A stretch of 64,000 nt of DNA from Rhynchopus sp. YZ270_cl-10 (Eukaryota): positions 1,612,001 to 1,676,000 of the forward strand of contig OZ037844.1 in assembly GCA_964035575.1 (NCBI GenBank), given 5' to 3'. The position numbers were made by a program, and so were the translations under genes. Below are positions 22,773-33,614 of the stretch, piece after piece. Position 1 is the first letter of the stretch, and each line of letters starts with the position of its first letter. The notes under the pieces were generated by a model. That model was not told the origin of the DNA. It did not search any database and saw nothing but the letters and a program-made list of their open reading frames with translations.

Positions 22773-23480
22773 TCGTTGTGTGCAATGTGCGGATGGTGTT
22801 TGTGCGTGTTTTTTTCCCCCCCGGTGTGCATGTGTTTTGCAGGCCAGTAAAACATCGCAAATCATCGATTTTTTTTTCTTTTGAACATCTACCGTTGTAG
22901 TCCGCAGGGTAGTTCTGCTTTTATCCGGATTGGCTGGCATCGTACAGTGGGTCAGTCGGGAGGTGCCTGCATCAACAACTACAGCTTTAGTTGGTTCAAT
23001 CTTACTACATTTTATCAGATTTTCTCTTGTTTTCCCTTTTTTTTTTCTTTTCTTTTTTTGGTCACATCTGCTTGCTGATTCACTTCAGCGTTGAACGGGC
23101 CAGTCAAAAACACCCCCATTAAGATTCCCCCATTATGTGTATGCACTTAAGACATGCTCATCTTATTCAACTTTTACCTTTTATTCTTCTCGCCTTTTCG
23201 CCTCACACAAGAGGTGATCTTATTGAGGAGTCCAACGACGAACGTACCTTTTGTTGGTTGATAGTAGATTCGGCACGCCAACTATGTGTGGCGTCCAAAA
23301 AAGGGGTAAAATTACTCCCCCCAAATCCGCCCTTTTTTTTGGACGCCTAAAGTTATTTGGACTGCTGTAATTGTAGCTCATAAAAAAATAGTTGCTAGTG
23401 GAGCACCCCCATTCGGAATGCACTCTAGCACAAACCCAATGTTTTCAGAATTTTTTGAAAAAAAGAAATGTGGAAAAATC

Positions 23481-23558
23481 CCACCTAATTTTTTACCCCG
23501 CGAAAAGGCGCGTAAAGGCGTGTACGGACGGCCCTATACGCGGGGTAAAATTAGGTGG
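23481..23558. mobile_element. 78-bp hairpin mini-MITE
   Basis: CCACCTAATTTTTTACCCCGCG ... CGCGGGGTAAAATTAGGTGG with a 5-bp direct repeat AAATC on both sides. Confidence 0.6.
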
Positions 23559-24093
23559 AAATCAAACAAAACAAGCCTTTGTCCTAACGGACATCCAGGC
23601 TCTTATTGCGCCTTACAAACTTTCCCTCGTCTCGGTGACGAACTGGGCTCTAGCCCCATAGTAAATTTTCTGCCTTTTTGTTATCCACCCTTTTCAAGTT
23701 TTCCTTTTTTTCCTTTTTTATTTCCGGCACAAAAAAGGGCAGCCTTGGGTGACCAGGTGTGCACCATCAATTAGCCACTTTTCTTTGAGAATGTTGTTGA
23801 TATTTTAAGTTTTGGTTTGTGTTATTTTTACTATGCGACCCAAAAAGTATGCCAGAAATACACTGGTGCATATTTCTGCCATGTGAACAACCATAAAGTG
23901 TCCAAATAGTGCCCTGCCTCAAGGTACCCCCTAAATGATACATAACCACGTCATAACGTTGGTTTGGGGGGTAAAAGGTTTACTGGATATTTTAAAGTTT
24001 GTGGCACATTCATCGAGATTTATTTTTTGATCAGTGCCTGTAACGGTGAGGCGTTTTGCACATTCAACTTCTCTTTTTTTTTTGTGATTAAAC

Positions 24094-24671
24094 TGTCACA
24101 ACCTGACCCGCTCCTCGTGTTCACCACCTCAGTCATCACAAAAAAGTTTTTCTTGGTCCTGGGCTGGACCTTAAATTGCATCCGGGGGTCCGTTCCTCCA
24201 GAAACTCTATGAAGGTGTTGACCGCTCGAACCGATGTCTCCTACCTGAGAGATTACAAAACAGGAGGCGAGGAGGGGTATGCGGGGCGTTTTTGTGCCTT
24301 CAGGGTCTTTTTGTTTTTCAGCAACCCTGCCTCTCCTATATCACCAGTGCATAGCCTTTGTCTTTCTGTTGGGGTATGCGGGACTTCCCCTAGTCCTCAG
24401 GGTCTAAACGCCCCTGCCCTCTTTTATGCAAGTTCACCCTGGCAGGGTATATAAATGCTGGGTCAGGCTGGCCCCCCTATGCTATGATGGGTGCTCGCAC
24501 CCGGAGCATAAATGGCCAGCGGTCAGGCCAGAGTCGCTCTACGGAGTCTCTCTGCCACGCCTTTGGGTTACGGTGTGCTGCCTGTAAGGACGTCCATGTA
24601 TATCCCTAAGAGAAAGGGTGAGGCCCAACTGTCGGTACAGCATGGGGCGCCAAGAGAGAGATGTTGTGACC
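24094..24671 (+). mobile_element. Possible solo LTR
   Basis: TGTCACAAC ... GTTGTGAC(C) short inverted ends, internal TATATAAA at about 24447, more GC-rich than the flanks; no TSD found. Confidence 0.3.
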
Positions 24672-24870
24672 CCCCCGCCCACCCCTTTTTGTGTTTTTGG
24701 GTTTCTGCTCTCTTGTGTAGACTATCGTGCATCAAGCGTTGGGTGCAGCGAACTGCAGTACCTGTAAGCTCACAACTCTTCAACGGAAGGTGCCCCCCCG
24801 GCTGACGAGCGGTTGTGTACCGCCCTCGTTCTCTTACGGTACGGGCCAGTCATTAGGTTTCCTTTTTACA

Positions 24871-24970
24871 TCTTCTGTTGTTGGCCGCAGGGTACTTGTG
24901 CTTTCATCCGGATGGCTGGCATCGTACGTGGGTCAGTCGGAGGTGCCTGCATTAATAACTTCACTTTTCT
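24871..24970. repeat. About 100-bp dispersed repeat (SINE-like), representative copy
   Basis: Core CGCAGGGTAC..GCTTTCATCCGGATGGCTGGCATCGTACGTGGGTCAGTCGGAGGTGCCTGCATTAATAACT; other full or partial copies at about 22890, 26130, 26340, 38270, 39870, 45650 and 52160. Confidence 0.8.
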
Positions 24971-25635
24971 TTTTTTTTGTGATGACCGAGCCTTCGAGGC
25001 TTGGGTTCATCTTACAAACTTTTGTTTCGTTTTTGTTTCAAAGGTGTTCGCGGACTGTTCAGCTTAAGGTTTTCTTTAGTTTGACTCCGCAAACGCCTTT
25101 CTTTTGTTGCTCTCCCTTTTTTTTTTTTTTTTTTCTTTGTTTTTTTTTTTGGATCGAAGAAAAATCGCTGCTATGCTGTGATTGTGAATCCTTTTATCGA
25201 ACGAAAACGTTGTTTGAATTTAGTGTCTTTTGTTGTGGTTTTGCTTTTTTTGAGAACTTAGACTGACGCAAAAGCATGCCAACACGTTTTCAATGTTACG
25301 TATCCTCTCCCATTACCACCCACCCCCCATCGAATTAATGCACGATGAAGTAAATGACATGACATGTGCTTTTTTTCATGTTCTTCACATGAAAAACACA
25401 TGTCATTTTACGTGTAAAGTGTCATGTGTTTCCTCATAAAATTGAGTACGTGTCATTTTTATGTGGCACATGTCACTGCTTCTCACATGTCATTTTACAT
25501 GTAAAAGGCACATGTCAGTCATTTACTTCACCGTCATGTGGGACGTCCGCGAACCCAAATAATATTTCATTGATATTTCAGTAGACGCGAAGCAGTGCGA
25601 GAGGCGTAGGTTCAGTTTTTTTTTTTTTTCTTCGT

Positions 25636-26102
25636 TGGTGCTTCCCGGGGGGTATGCATTTCACAAATTTTCACAAATTTTCAATTCAATTCACAACTTT
25701 TCACAACTATTCACAACTTTTCACCACCCTTTTTTCCTTCGTTGGTGAAGCTTTTAAATGCCGGCATTTGCATTTCCGGAATCCGTCCGGCCAGTGGTGG
25801 GGTCAATTTGCCGAAATGGACAAGTTCTCGTCATTTCCGCACAGTGCACAGTACACAGGTACACAGGTACACCACATCACGTTCTATCTTGTGAATCCCA
25901 GCATACCCCTCAATGGGTGGGTCACCACCCAACCCAAAAAAAAACCCAAAAAAAACTCAAATCAATTCACAACTTTTCACAATTTTTCACCATTTTTCAC
26001 CAGCCTTCACAATTTTATAGCGGTTTTCGTGTTGTGAAAACTTGTGAAAACTTGTCACATTTTGTGAAAATTTGTGAAATGCATACCCCCCGGGAAGCAC
26101 CA
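25636..26102. mobile_element. MITE with TGGTG...CACCA ends and 5-bp TSD
   Basis: Perfect 42-bp TIR TGGTGCTTCCCGGGGGGTATGCATTTCACAAATTTTCACAAA; TSD TTCGT (25631-25635, 26103-26107); subterminal TTCACAA repeats. Confidence 0.9.
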
Positions 26103-26554
26103 TTCGTTTTTTTTTTCCCCCCCTTGTGTGCGTTGCATCCGGTGCTGGCATCGTCGATGGGTCAGGTCGGAGTGTGCGTTGCATCGATAACTCTTCCTTT
26201 CTCTCCCCCCTGTTTCAAGTGTTGTTGCTCAACCTGATGAAACTTATTGTGCGTAAAAAACCCCCTTTTTCTTCTTTTTTTCAACGAGTTCTTATGAGTG
26301 TTCTCGCCACGCGGAACATCCATCCCTTCAAGTGTTCTTGTGCTTTCATCCGAATTGGCTGGCATCGTACAGTGGGTCAGTCGGAGGTGCCTGCATTAGT
26401 AACTTCACTTTCTTTTGTATCGTTTTTGAGTGTCTTTTGTGTGCTTTCTCTTTGGAAAGGATATGGCATTAGCTTTTGTTTTCCACCCAAGATGACTTCG
26501 CAGGAAGTCAGAGGTGCATCTGCACCCAAATAATACCCGCAGTAGTGCTCCGAA

Positions 26555-27441
26555 CAGTGGTCGCGCTAATTATGGGAAAAAATGGGGAAAAAATGGATTT
26601 CGGGTACGGAAAAACGTTCCTTGAAAAGGTTAGCTGGGGAGGCCCGGAAACCCCGTTTTGTGGCATTTCCGGGCCAATCCCGGCTTGTGGTGGGGTATAT
26701 ACGGAAAAATGGACAAAATTTTAGTGACTTAAATTTTCGCAAAATATGAACCCATACTCGTAAACAAGGGTCATTTTCAGGAAAATTCGGAAAATTCCGA
26801 GATTTGGAAGCAATTTTTCTCCTGAAAATCAGTGGGTTTTCAGCCCGAAAACATACCGCGATTGGAATTTCCGGAATCCGTCCGCACTGTGGTGGGGTCA
26901 CTTTGCCGAAATGGCCAATTTTTTGGTTTTGGTCAAAATCCATGTGGGTAAAGAGGGCCAATGTAAATCCCACAACCAGATTTTCTCTCCCTGATCCTGA
27001 CGTCTTGCAACATGAAAATGCGCGAAAACACCGGCATTTGCATTTCCGGAATTCGTCCGTTCTGTGGTGGGGTCAATTTGCCGAAATGGACAAGTTCTTG
27101 GTTTTGGTCAAAACCCGTCAGTGTAAGGTAAAGGGGGCAAGTGTTTGCCTGTAGAAACTGGAAGGGAACAGGCAGCGCCGCAGGCGCACGGTAACCAACT
27201 TTTTTTTTCTTTTTTTTCTTTTTTTTCCTTTTCTTTTTTCTCCTCTTTCTTTTGACTTTCCGAGCCGATTGCGTTCCACGGCGGGGTCACATGTATATGC
27301 AAGTCCACTATGTGGTGGTCTTACTCAACAATATTAGAACTTCTGGTTTCTTAATGAAATCCCCGTACTGCAAAAAAAAAACGTTCCTACCAAAACCCCC
27401 AAAAATCCCGGGATGAGGGATGGACTTTAGCGCGAGCCCTG
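26555..27441. mobile_element. hAT-like non-autonomous element
   Basis: Termini CAGTGGTCGCGCTA / TAGCGCGAGCCCTG; 8-bp TSD GCTCCGAA (26547-26554, 27442-27449). Confidence 0.82.
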
Positions 27442-27492
27442 GCTCCGAACCGAGTTTTTTTTTTTTTTTTTTTTTTTTTTGTGAGTTTTTTG

Positions 27493-28204
27493 CATGCTTT
27501 TTTCTAAATCACGATCGCGATCGGGATTTTGGAAAAAAAAAAAAAAAAAAAAAAAACCTGCAGTTGTGCAAATTAGTACATGTGGGTTTGGTATTTTTTC
27601 AGAAGTGGTGCCACCACGTTCCGCAAGGAGCCCGATCTGTCAAAATAAGCACTTTTCAAAAAAAAAAAGTAGCGTACCGTGCGCCTGCAGCGCAGCTAAA
27701 TTACGAGAGGTAGCCTACAGCTCTGTGGCTTCGCCAGAATATTTCATTGTCAAAATATGGGAAGTAAAATTGATGACAATACTTTATTGGGGCGCCGATT
27801 TCCCGCGGTGCGCATTTTCCTGATGAGTAATTACCAACGACAGTGCCATTTTTTCTGGCAACATTTTTATAAATGTTGCGTACCGTGGCTTCGCCAGGAA
27901 CCTTTCGGTGACATGACCGCCGGTTCTTACTTACTATTAATGTACTGAGGTTACTGATCAGAAGGCTGCCACCCACTACGACTTGTGGTTCACCCTCCCC
28001 ACCCGCCCCTCGATTTTGTTCAGAGGGGAGAAAGCGCCTCACTTCGCCGCACTGGCAGGGAGTCGCGCGCGCGAAGCGCGCGCAGCGACCGCTTTTACGG
28101 GGCGAAAGCTCGGGACCCCAAATCACCCCCGTTTGGCCAAAAGGGGGATTGACTAGTGCCCTGCCCCTGCTGGAAAAATTGGAAAAATTGGAAATTTTTT
28201 GGGG

Positions 28205-28235
<31 letters not shown>

Positions 28236-28332
28236 GCGAAAATGCTCAAAAAGCAGGTTTTTTTAGTTTTTTTTTTTTACGATCGGTCACCCCAAATTTT
28301 GGGGAAAAACCACCGATCGGGCGACAAGCATG
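27493..28332. mobile_element. hAT-like non-autonomous element, uninterrupted copy
   Basis: CATGCTT...AAGCATG ends; 8-bp TSD GTTTTTTG (27485-27492, 28333-28340); near-identical interrupted copy at 40500-45647. Confidence 0.88.
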
Positions 28333-29701
28333 GTTTTTTGTGATAGACAAAAAGTTCCTCCACAATATTCCTGGAAAATATGCGGAGGGCATGCTGAGTA
28401 CAGCCGTTGCGAAAGTGTGCAGTAGAGGGAGAGGGGAGTAACCATTTTTTATTTCATCTTTCATGCAATGTGTTACACCCTCTCAAATGCGTTCTGTTCT
28501 TGAATTGAAAGCACGTAACTCTCATTCTCTTTTCGAATACGGTTTTTTTTTTTTTTGTAGAAGTGTTCACTCAACTTCAATCTTTCCTCCCCCCACTCCG
28601 TGTTGAAAATGGTACCCCTCCCCTTTTGACTCTTATTTGCTTTTGTCACATGACGGTGAAGTAAATGTGATTTATTTGTGTGGTTTTCACCGTTGGCTTA
28701 CAACGGTGAAAACCACCAACGGAAACACAAGCCAAGTCATTGATTGTTCACTGTCGTGCAAAGCTATAAAGATCCCCCAGAGGGGTTTCCTTAGTGTGTC
28801 CTCTATGCATACCCCCGAAGGTGAATACGTATTCGCTCTATATTCGGATCCCAAAATTCTTGGCCCTATATTCAAATCCGAATATAGGGCGAACATAGAA
28901 AACAGGCGACTATGATATTTCACCTTCGGAGCACATCTAGGGCGAAGCGCGTTCAACATGTTAACCTCTCCACAAAACCCCTACTTCCGCGATTTTTACC
29001 CCCCTCCCCCCTTTTGTTTAGAATTAACCGTGTCACTTAGAAGTCCACAAAAAGTGTACGTGTTTTGGCCTCGGCCTCAGAGTTGGATGAGTTTTTTTAC
29101 TATCTTGTTTTTTGGCGCAAAGTGATGCACCTTTCTTTGTTCGGGAAAAAAAAATGGTTTTTCGAGGCACTCAAAAGAACTCTGTAATAAAACAGAGAAC
29201 CAGAAGTGACAGGAAATCATACCCGAAAAAAAAAAAAAAATGAAATGAGAATGCATGCCTTGGCAAGGAATACAAAGAGATATTGAAGGAACCGATCCTA
29301 TCTAAAAAAGAAATGCAAAAAGGGAACCATAGTGATACCACACTGCAGTACAACCTACAGATACATCACCACAAAAAAAGCGTAGTTTTTTCCACACAAA
29401 ATCACATTCAAAACCCCCTCTCCCTCTCCCACTCTCTTCTGTGCTAGGAGTCACTGAAGCCACCAAATCGAGCAGTTTTTCCATATTTGTCGGCTCTCGC
29501 TGTAGTGGCTTGCTCGTCCAGATACCTTCTTGTCACTGACTAATAATGCGGTGTTGGTCTTCTCTTCCTCTTGTCTTCTTTTGTTTCCTCTTCCCCGTTT
29601 ACGGGTTTACGTCTTAGATGGAGGGTGCAAATGCACTGATGAACATGAACAAACCTTACAGACACCTCCCCTCCCCTCTCCGCCCCCTCACGTCCTCCCT
29701 G

Positions 29702-32700
29702 ATGCCGCTCTGCCGTGCTCTCGTGGTGTATGTCGTGACGTTGCTTGTCCACACAGCATCGTCTGGAGGGCCGCCAGTGTTCTTCGACAATGTGTATCCT
29801 GGGTACATGCCCACCGACGCTGTGTGCACGCAGGACGCCATCCACATAGGCGCCGAGGACGAGCTGATCGGGTATGCGGTGGAGGCGTGGGGGCTGGAGG
29901 AGTACACCAGCAGGGTGTTCCCTGGGGTGCTGTCGTGGGTGCTGACGGTGGACGACGAAGGCATTGTGTACGCGATCATGACGCTTGCGTCGGGTCTGCA
30001 GTGGGGTACATTCGATGCGCACGCTGGCTACTCCGGGGACGTGCACAGCATTGCAGGCTCGTCGGGCATACCCTGCACGCAGGCAGAGCACCTGCAGGGC
30101 AACCCCCACGTGGCATACTTCTGCTGTGCGCAGAAGGCCGTCCTCATCGTGGACCGTACACGTGGGAAGATCGGCGTGCTGGACCTGCCGGGCAGTTGTG
30201 TGGACATGGCGCATGACAACACGGGGAAGCTGTACGTGGCCACTGCAGAGGAGGTGCGTGTGTTCGACACGACAAACGCGCTTTTGCCTGAAGAGATCAC
30301 CACAGAGAGGCTCGCACTGCCGGACATCATCGATGTGGACTACAACATAGACCGCCAGAGACTGCTTGTCCTGACCTCGGGGAGTGAGCTGCACCTCTTC
30401 GCAGGTGGGGTGCTGCTCGACACGATGCTGCTCACACAGACAACGGAGAACGTCTGCCTCACAGCAAAGAGTAAGGCCGTCATCCGTGCACCCGACGGCA
30501 CGTACCTCGTCGCTGTGCAGCAGGACACCTTCTCGCTCTTGCCAGGTGTGTGGTACCATGGCCCCGACGGCGACTTCCACAAGATGATGGAGGAGGAGCG
30601 CTTTCTGCTCTACTTCTCAGACATAGAGGTGGATGTGTGGGTGATGGGTGGGCCCGGAACACCTGCACCCAGCACAGTACCTCTTGCCGTTACATTTGCA
30701 CCTGCTTCACCTGCACCTCTAACAATTGCACCCGCCACGCCAGCGCCTGGGACGCAGACCGTACCTCAGACAACAGCACCTGTGACACCTGTACCCATTG
30801 CACCTGCACCTGTAACAAAAATACCTGCAACAGTGACAATTGCGCCAGTGTCATTCGGATCAGCCACACCTGCGCCAACACTGTCGCCAGAGACACCTCC
30901 ACCACTTCCACCGCCACCCACAGCACCCACGACACCCACAGCACCCACAACACCCGCACCACTCGCACCTGTGCTTCCAACGCAACGCAGCATGGCACCA
31001 AAGGCACACGCGCTTCCTACAAGCACCGCACCTTCACTCTCCCCTGTCTTCGTTCCCTCTCGACAACCGACTGCGATACTGCCACAAACCACTCCACCGC
31101 TCGGACGGACACTTCCACCACACTTACCTCTCACGGACACGGCCACACCAACGAACGCGACGTGGGTGGCCCAGCCGCAGTACAGCACACGCGTGGAGCG
31201 CAGCATGGACACCGCGAGGGGGGTGCAGCTGTACACGGCGTCAGCGGCAGCGTCGGTGTCGGTGTTCTCGTCGTCGTCGTCTGCAAGCATGGCGATGCGC
31301 ATGGTGGCGGCAAGCTCGCTGTGCAGGATCCACGAGCCTCTCGGAGCACGTGAGTACCCTGTCCTCATGCACCCCACACAGTGGGTCCTCTACGGTTCGC
31401 AGGCCTCTGGCATGGTGGCAGGCAACTGCATCATCACGCTTCTCTTCTGGCTCCTCATGCACACTGTCGCACGCTGTGCGCACCATGCCACATGCATCCC
31501 CAGCCTCGCCACCTTTGGCCTCTGCCGCTTCCCTTCCGCACCGCTCTTCGTCTTCCAACACCTCCTGCAGGGCACCGCCATGGGTGCCGTCTCGCTCGCC
31601 TTCTACCATCCTACCACACTTCTTTCCATTCTTGGCGGTCTCTGCATCGCGTTTTGTCTTGCGGTGCCTGCTGCTGTGGTGGTCGCTTTGCATCGAGGGG
31701 TTCCTAAGCTGGCCTTCTACATGGATGACACGAGGACCGACGGGAAATGGACGAGAGCGTTCATTGGTCGTGGAGAGTGGGTGAGCACGCGGAGTGGGAA
31801 CCACTTTGCACTTCGCTACGGATCGGTGCTGAAGCCCTTCGCAGAGAGGTGGTCGTGCTACAGTGCTGTGGAGATGTGGTCCAATGTGGCCATCGCTGCT
31901 GTGCAGAGTGCCAACCCCGACAGTCTCATCGCCTGCGGGCACCAGAAGACAGCAGCAGCGCTGATCTGCCTCGTCCTCTTCCTCCTCGAGGTGACGCTGC
32001 TCCCCCACGCACGCAGCCGTGACAACTATCTGGTGGCGGCGCTGCTCGCCTGCCAGACGGCGGCCCTGCTCTTCATGGGGGTCGGGTACTACAAAGAGAA
32101 CACCGCACACTGGGGCTTCGACAGCAGCGCGACGTTCCTGCAGCTGACCGCACTCTGCCTGCTCCTCAAGACCACCTGCGATGCCATAAACGAAGTCTAC
32201 GTGTTCTGTGTCGGACGGCGGGAGCGACTGTTCCGGGAGGCCCTCGGGATCACCGAATGTGACCTGGCCGAGGTGCTGCTGTGCGATGCTGTCTCTGCCC
32301 CTGCGTCTGCATCTGCCTCTCCCTCTGCCTCTGCCTCTGTGTCTCCTTCTGTATCACACCACTCCGACGACATGCAGATGCACGGAAGCAGTGGCATGCT
32401 GCTGACAGACGGCTACGACGAGACGTCACCTCTGCCACGAGGGCGTGGCTCCTCTGTTGGGTTCCCGAATTTGACAGTTTCGTCATTACTGGCATCTGGG
32501 TCGGAGTACAGCTCAGGATCTGCCGTGGGGGGTGAGGCGGCGTCATCAAGCGGGTTGGGTGGGTTGGTGGGTGCTGTGCCGAGACGCAGCACCTTCCACA
32601 GCAGCGACCTGAATACACCTGTCACCCTCAGCGCACGGCGCCGCAACATGCTCCGTACAACACCCAGCACACCCTTCCTCAGCCCCAAAGCTGCGTCGCA

Positions 32701-32731
32701 TCAGAGCCTCGCATTGACGATGCGCTTGTGA
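29702..32731 (+). CDS. Stalked multi-pass surface protein B (bodonin/DGF-1-like)
   Basis: Probable start MPLCRALVVY at 29702 (ORF open from ATG 29618); degenerate Pro/Thr stalk; [32 protein letters not shown]. Confidence 0.85.
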   Translation: MPLCRALVVYVVTLLVHTASSGGPPVFFDNVYPGYMPTDAVCTQDAIHIGAEDELIGYAVEAWGLEEYTSRVFPGVLSWVLTVDDEGIVYAIMTLASGLQWGTFDAHAGYSGDVHSIAGSSGIPCTQAEHLQGNPHVAYFCCAQKAVLIVDRTRGKIGVLDLPGSCVDMAHDNTGKLYVATAEEVRVFDTTNALLPEEITTERLALPDIIDVDYNIDRQRLLVLTSGSELHLFAGGVLLDTMLLTQTTENVCLTAKSKAVIRAPDGTYLVAVQQDTFSLLPGVWYHGPDGDFHKMMEEERFLLYFSDIEVDVWVMGGPGTPAPSTVPLAVTFAPASPAPLTIAPATPAPGTQTVPQTTAPVTPVPIAPAPVTKIPATVTIAPVSFGSATPAPTLSPETPPPLPPPPTAPTTPTAPTTPAPLAPVLPTQRSMAPKAHALPTSTAPSLSPVFVPSRQPTAILPQTTPPLGRTLPPHLPLTDTATPTNATWVAQPQYSTRVERSMDTARGVQLYTASAAASVSVFSSSSSASMAMRMVAASSLCRIHEPLGAREYPVLMHPTQWVLYGSQASGMVAGNCIITLLFWLLMHTVARCAHHATCIPSLATFGLCRFPSAPLFVFQHLLQGTAMGAVSLAFYHPTTLLSILGGLCIAFCLAVPAAVVVALHRGVPKLAFYMDDTRTDGKWTRAFIGRGEWVSTRSGNHFALRYGSVLKPFAERWSCYSAVEMWSNVAIAAVQSANPDSLIACGHQKTAAALICLVLFLLEVTLLPHARSRDNYLVAALLACQTAALLFMGVGYYKENTAHWGFDSSATFLQLTALCLLLKTTCDAINEVYVFCVGRRERLFREALGITECDLAEVLLCDAVSAPASASASPSASASVSPSVSHHSDDMQMHGSSGMLLTDGYDETSPLPRGRGSSVGFPNLTVSSLLASGSEYSSGSAVGGEAASSSGLGGLVGAVPRRSTFHSSDLNTPVTLSARRRNMLRTTPSTPFLSPKAASHQSLALTMRL

Positions 32732-33614
32732 GGAGAGGGGGTGGGTGGGTGGGTGGGTGGGTGGTTGGTAGATAGAAAGGTAGGGAGCAAAAGCAAGTTG
32801 TCATTGCCTCAAATGTGTTTACACACATCAGCTTTTGCTTACACAAAGGAAAAAGGTAGCGCTTGGGACTAACTTTCAGATTGTAAACCACGAAATTGAT
32901 GTAGGACTGCATGGTTGGGGTCGGGCTGTTATTTCAAGTCAACTTTCTTTTGTATGCACGCGGAACACATGCCTCTCCGGTGCTTAGAAGCCCGCATACT
33001 CGCATGCCCAGAAAAACGCATGCGGGCCGCTACACCTACACTGCAAACCACCTACACATGTGCCGTTCTGTGCCACGCTCTTCCGGGCTACGCACACTTG
33101 CTTTATTTTGTTCCGTTTATTTTATTCTTGCACGAGGCATATCCAGGGTCAGCTTGCACCCCCCCCTGGACAAATTTTGGGTGCAAAACCCTTTTCTGTA
33201 CATCAAAAAAAAATCCCCCCATTACAAGCTTTCCAAGAGTGACCATCGGTGCGGTACAGCCCCCAAACACAGAGGAAACAAAGAAAGAACATTTACCTAC
33301 CTTTCATTTGCTCAAAAAACTCAAAATCACCGATTTTTTATCAATGAAATGCGTCCAGTCTGACACTAACCGCTCGACCAGCTCCGTCCTTTCACCACAG
33401 CATGCACAACTACTTCCGCCTCTTCCCTCTCCCTCCCCAAACACACCGTTACCATTACCTTCAGAAATTATTATTTCCCCCACACACACCGTTTTTTCTC
33501 TTTTCTTCAAATAGTTTCTTTGAGTCCAAACCTCACACACACCGAGGAACCATCCCATTCTCCACCATTCCCCGCACCTTTCCACGTGGTCGAGGTCCTC
33601 TACTCTATGCCGTA

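Noticed and set aside
25341..25534. Small inverted-repeat elements (also about 23290-23348, 28813-28930, 46700-46795, 53267-53354, 54842-54945)
   Set aside because: Probably MITE relics, but I could not fix TSDs or boundaries.
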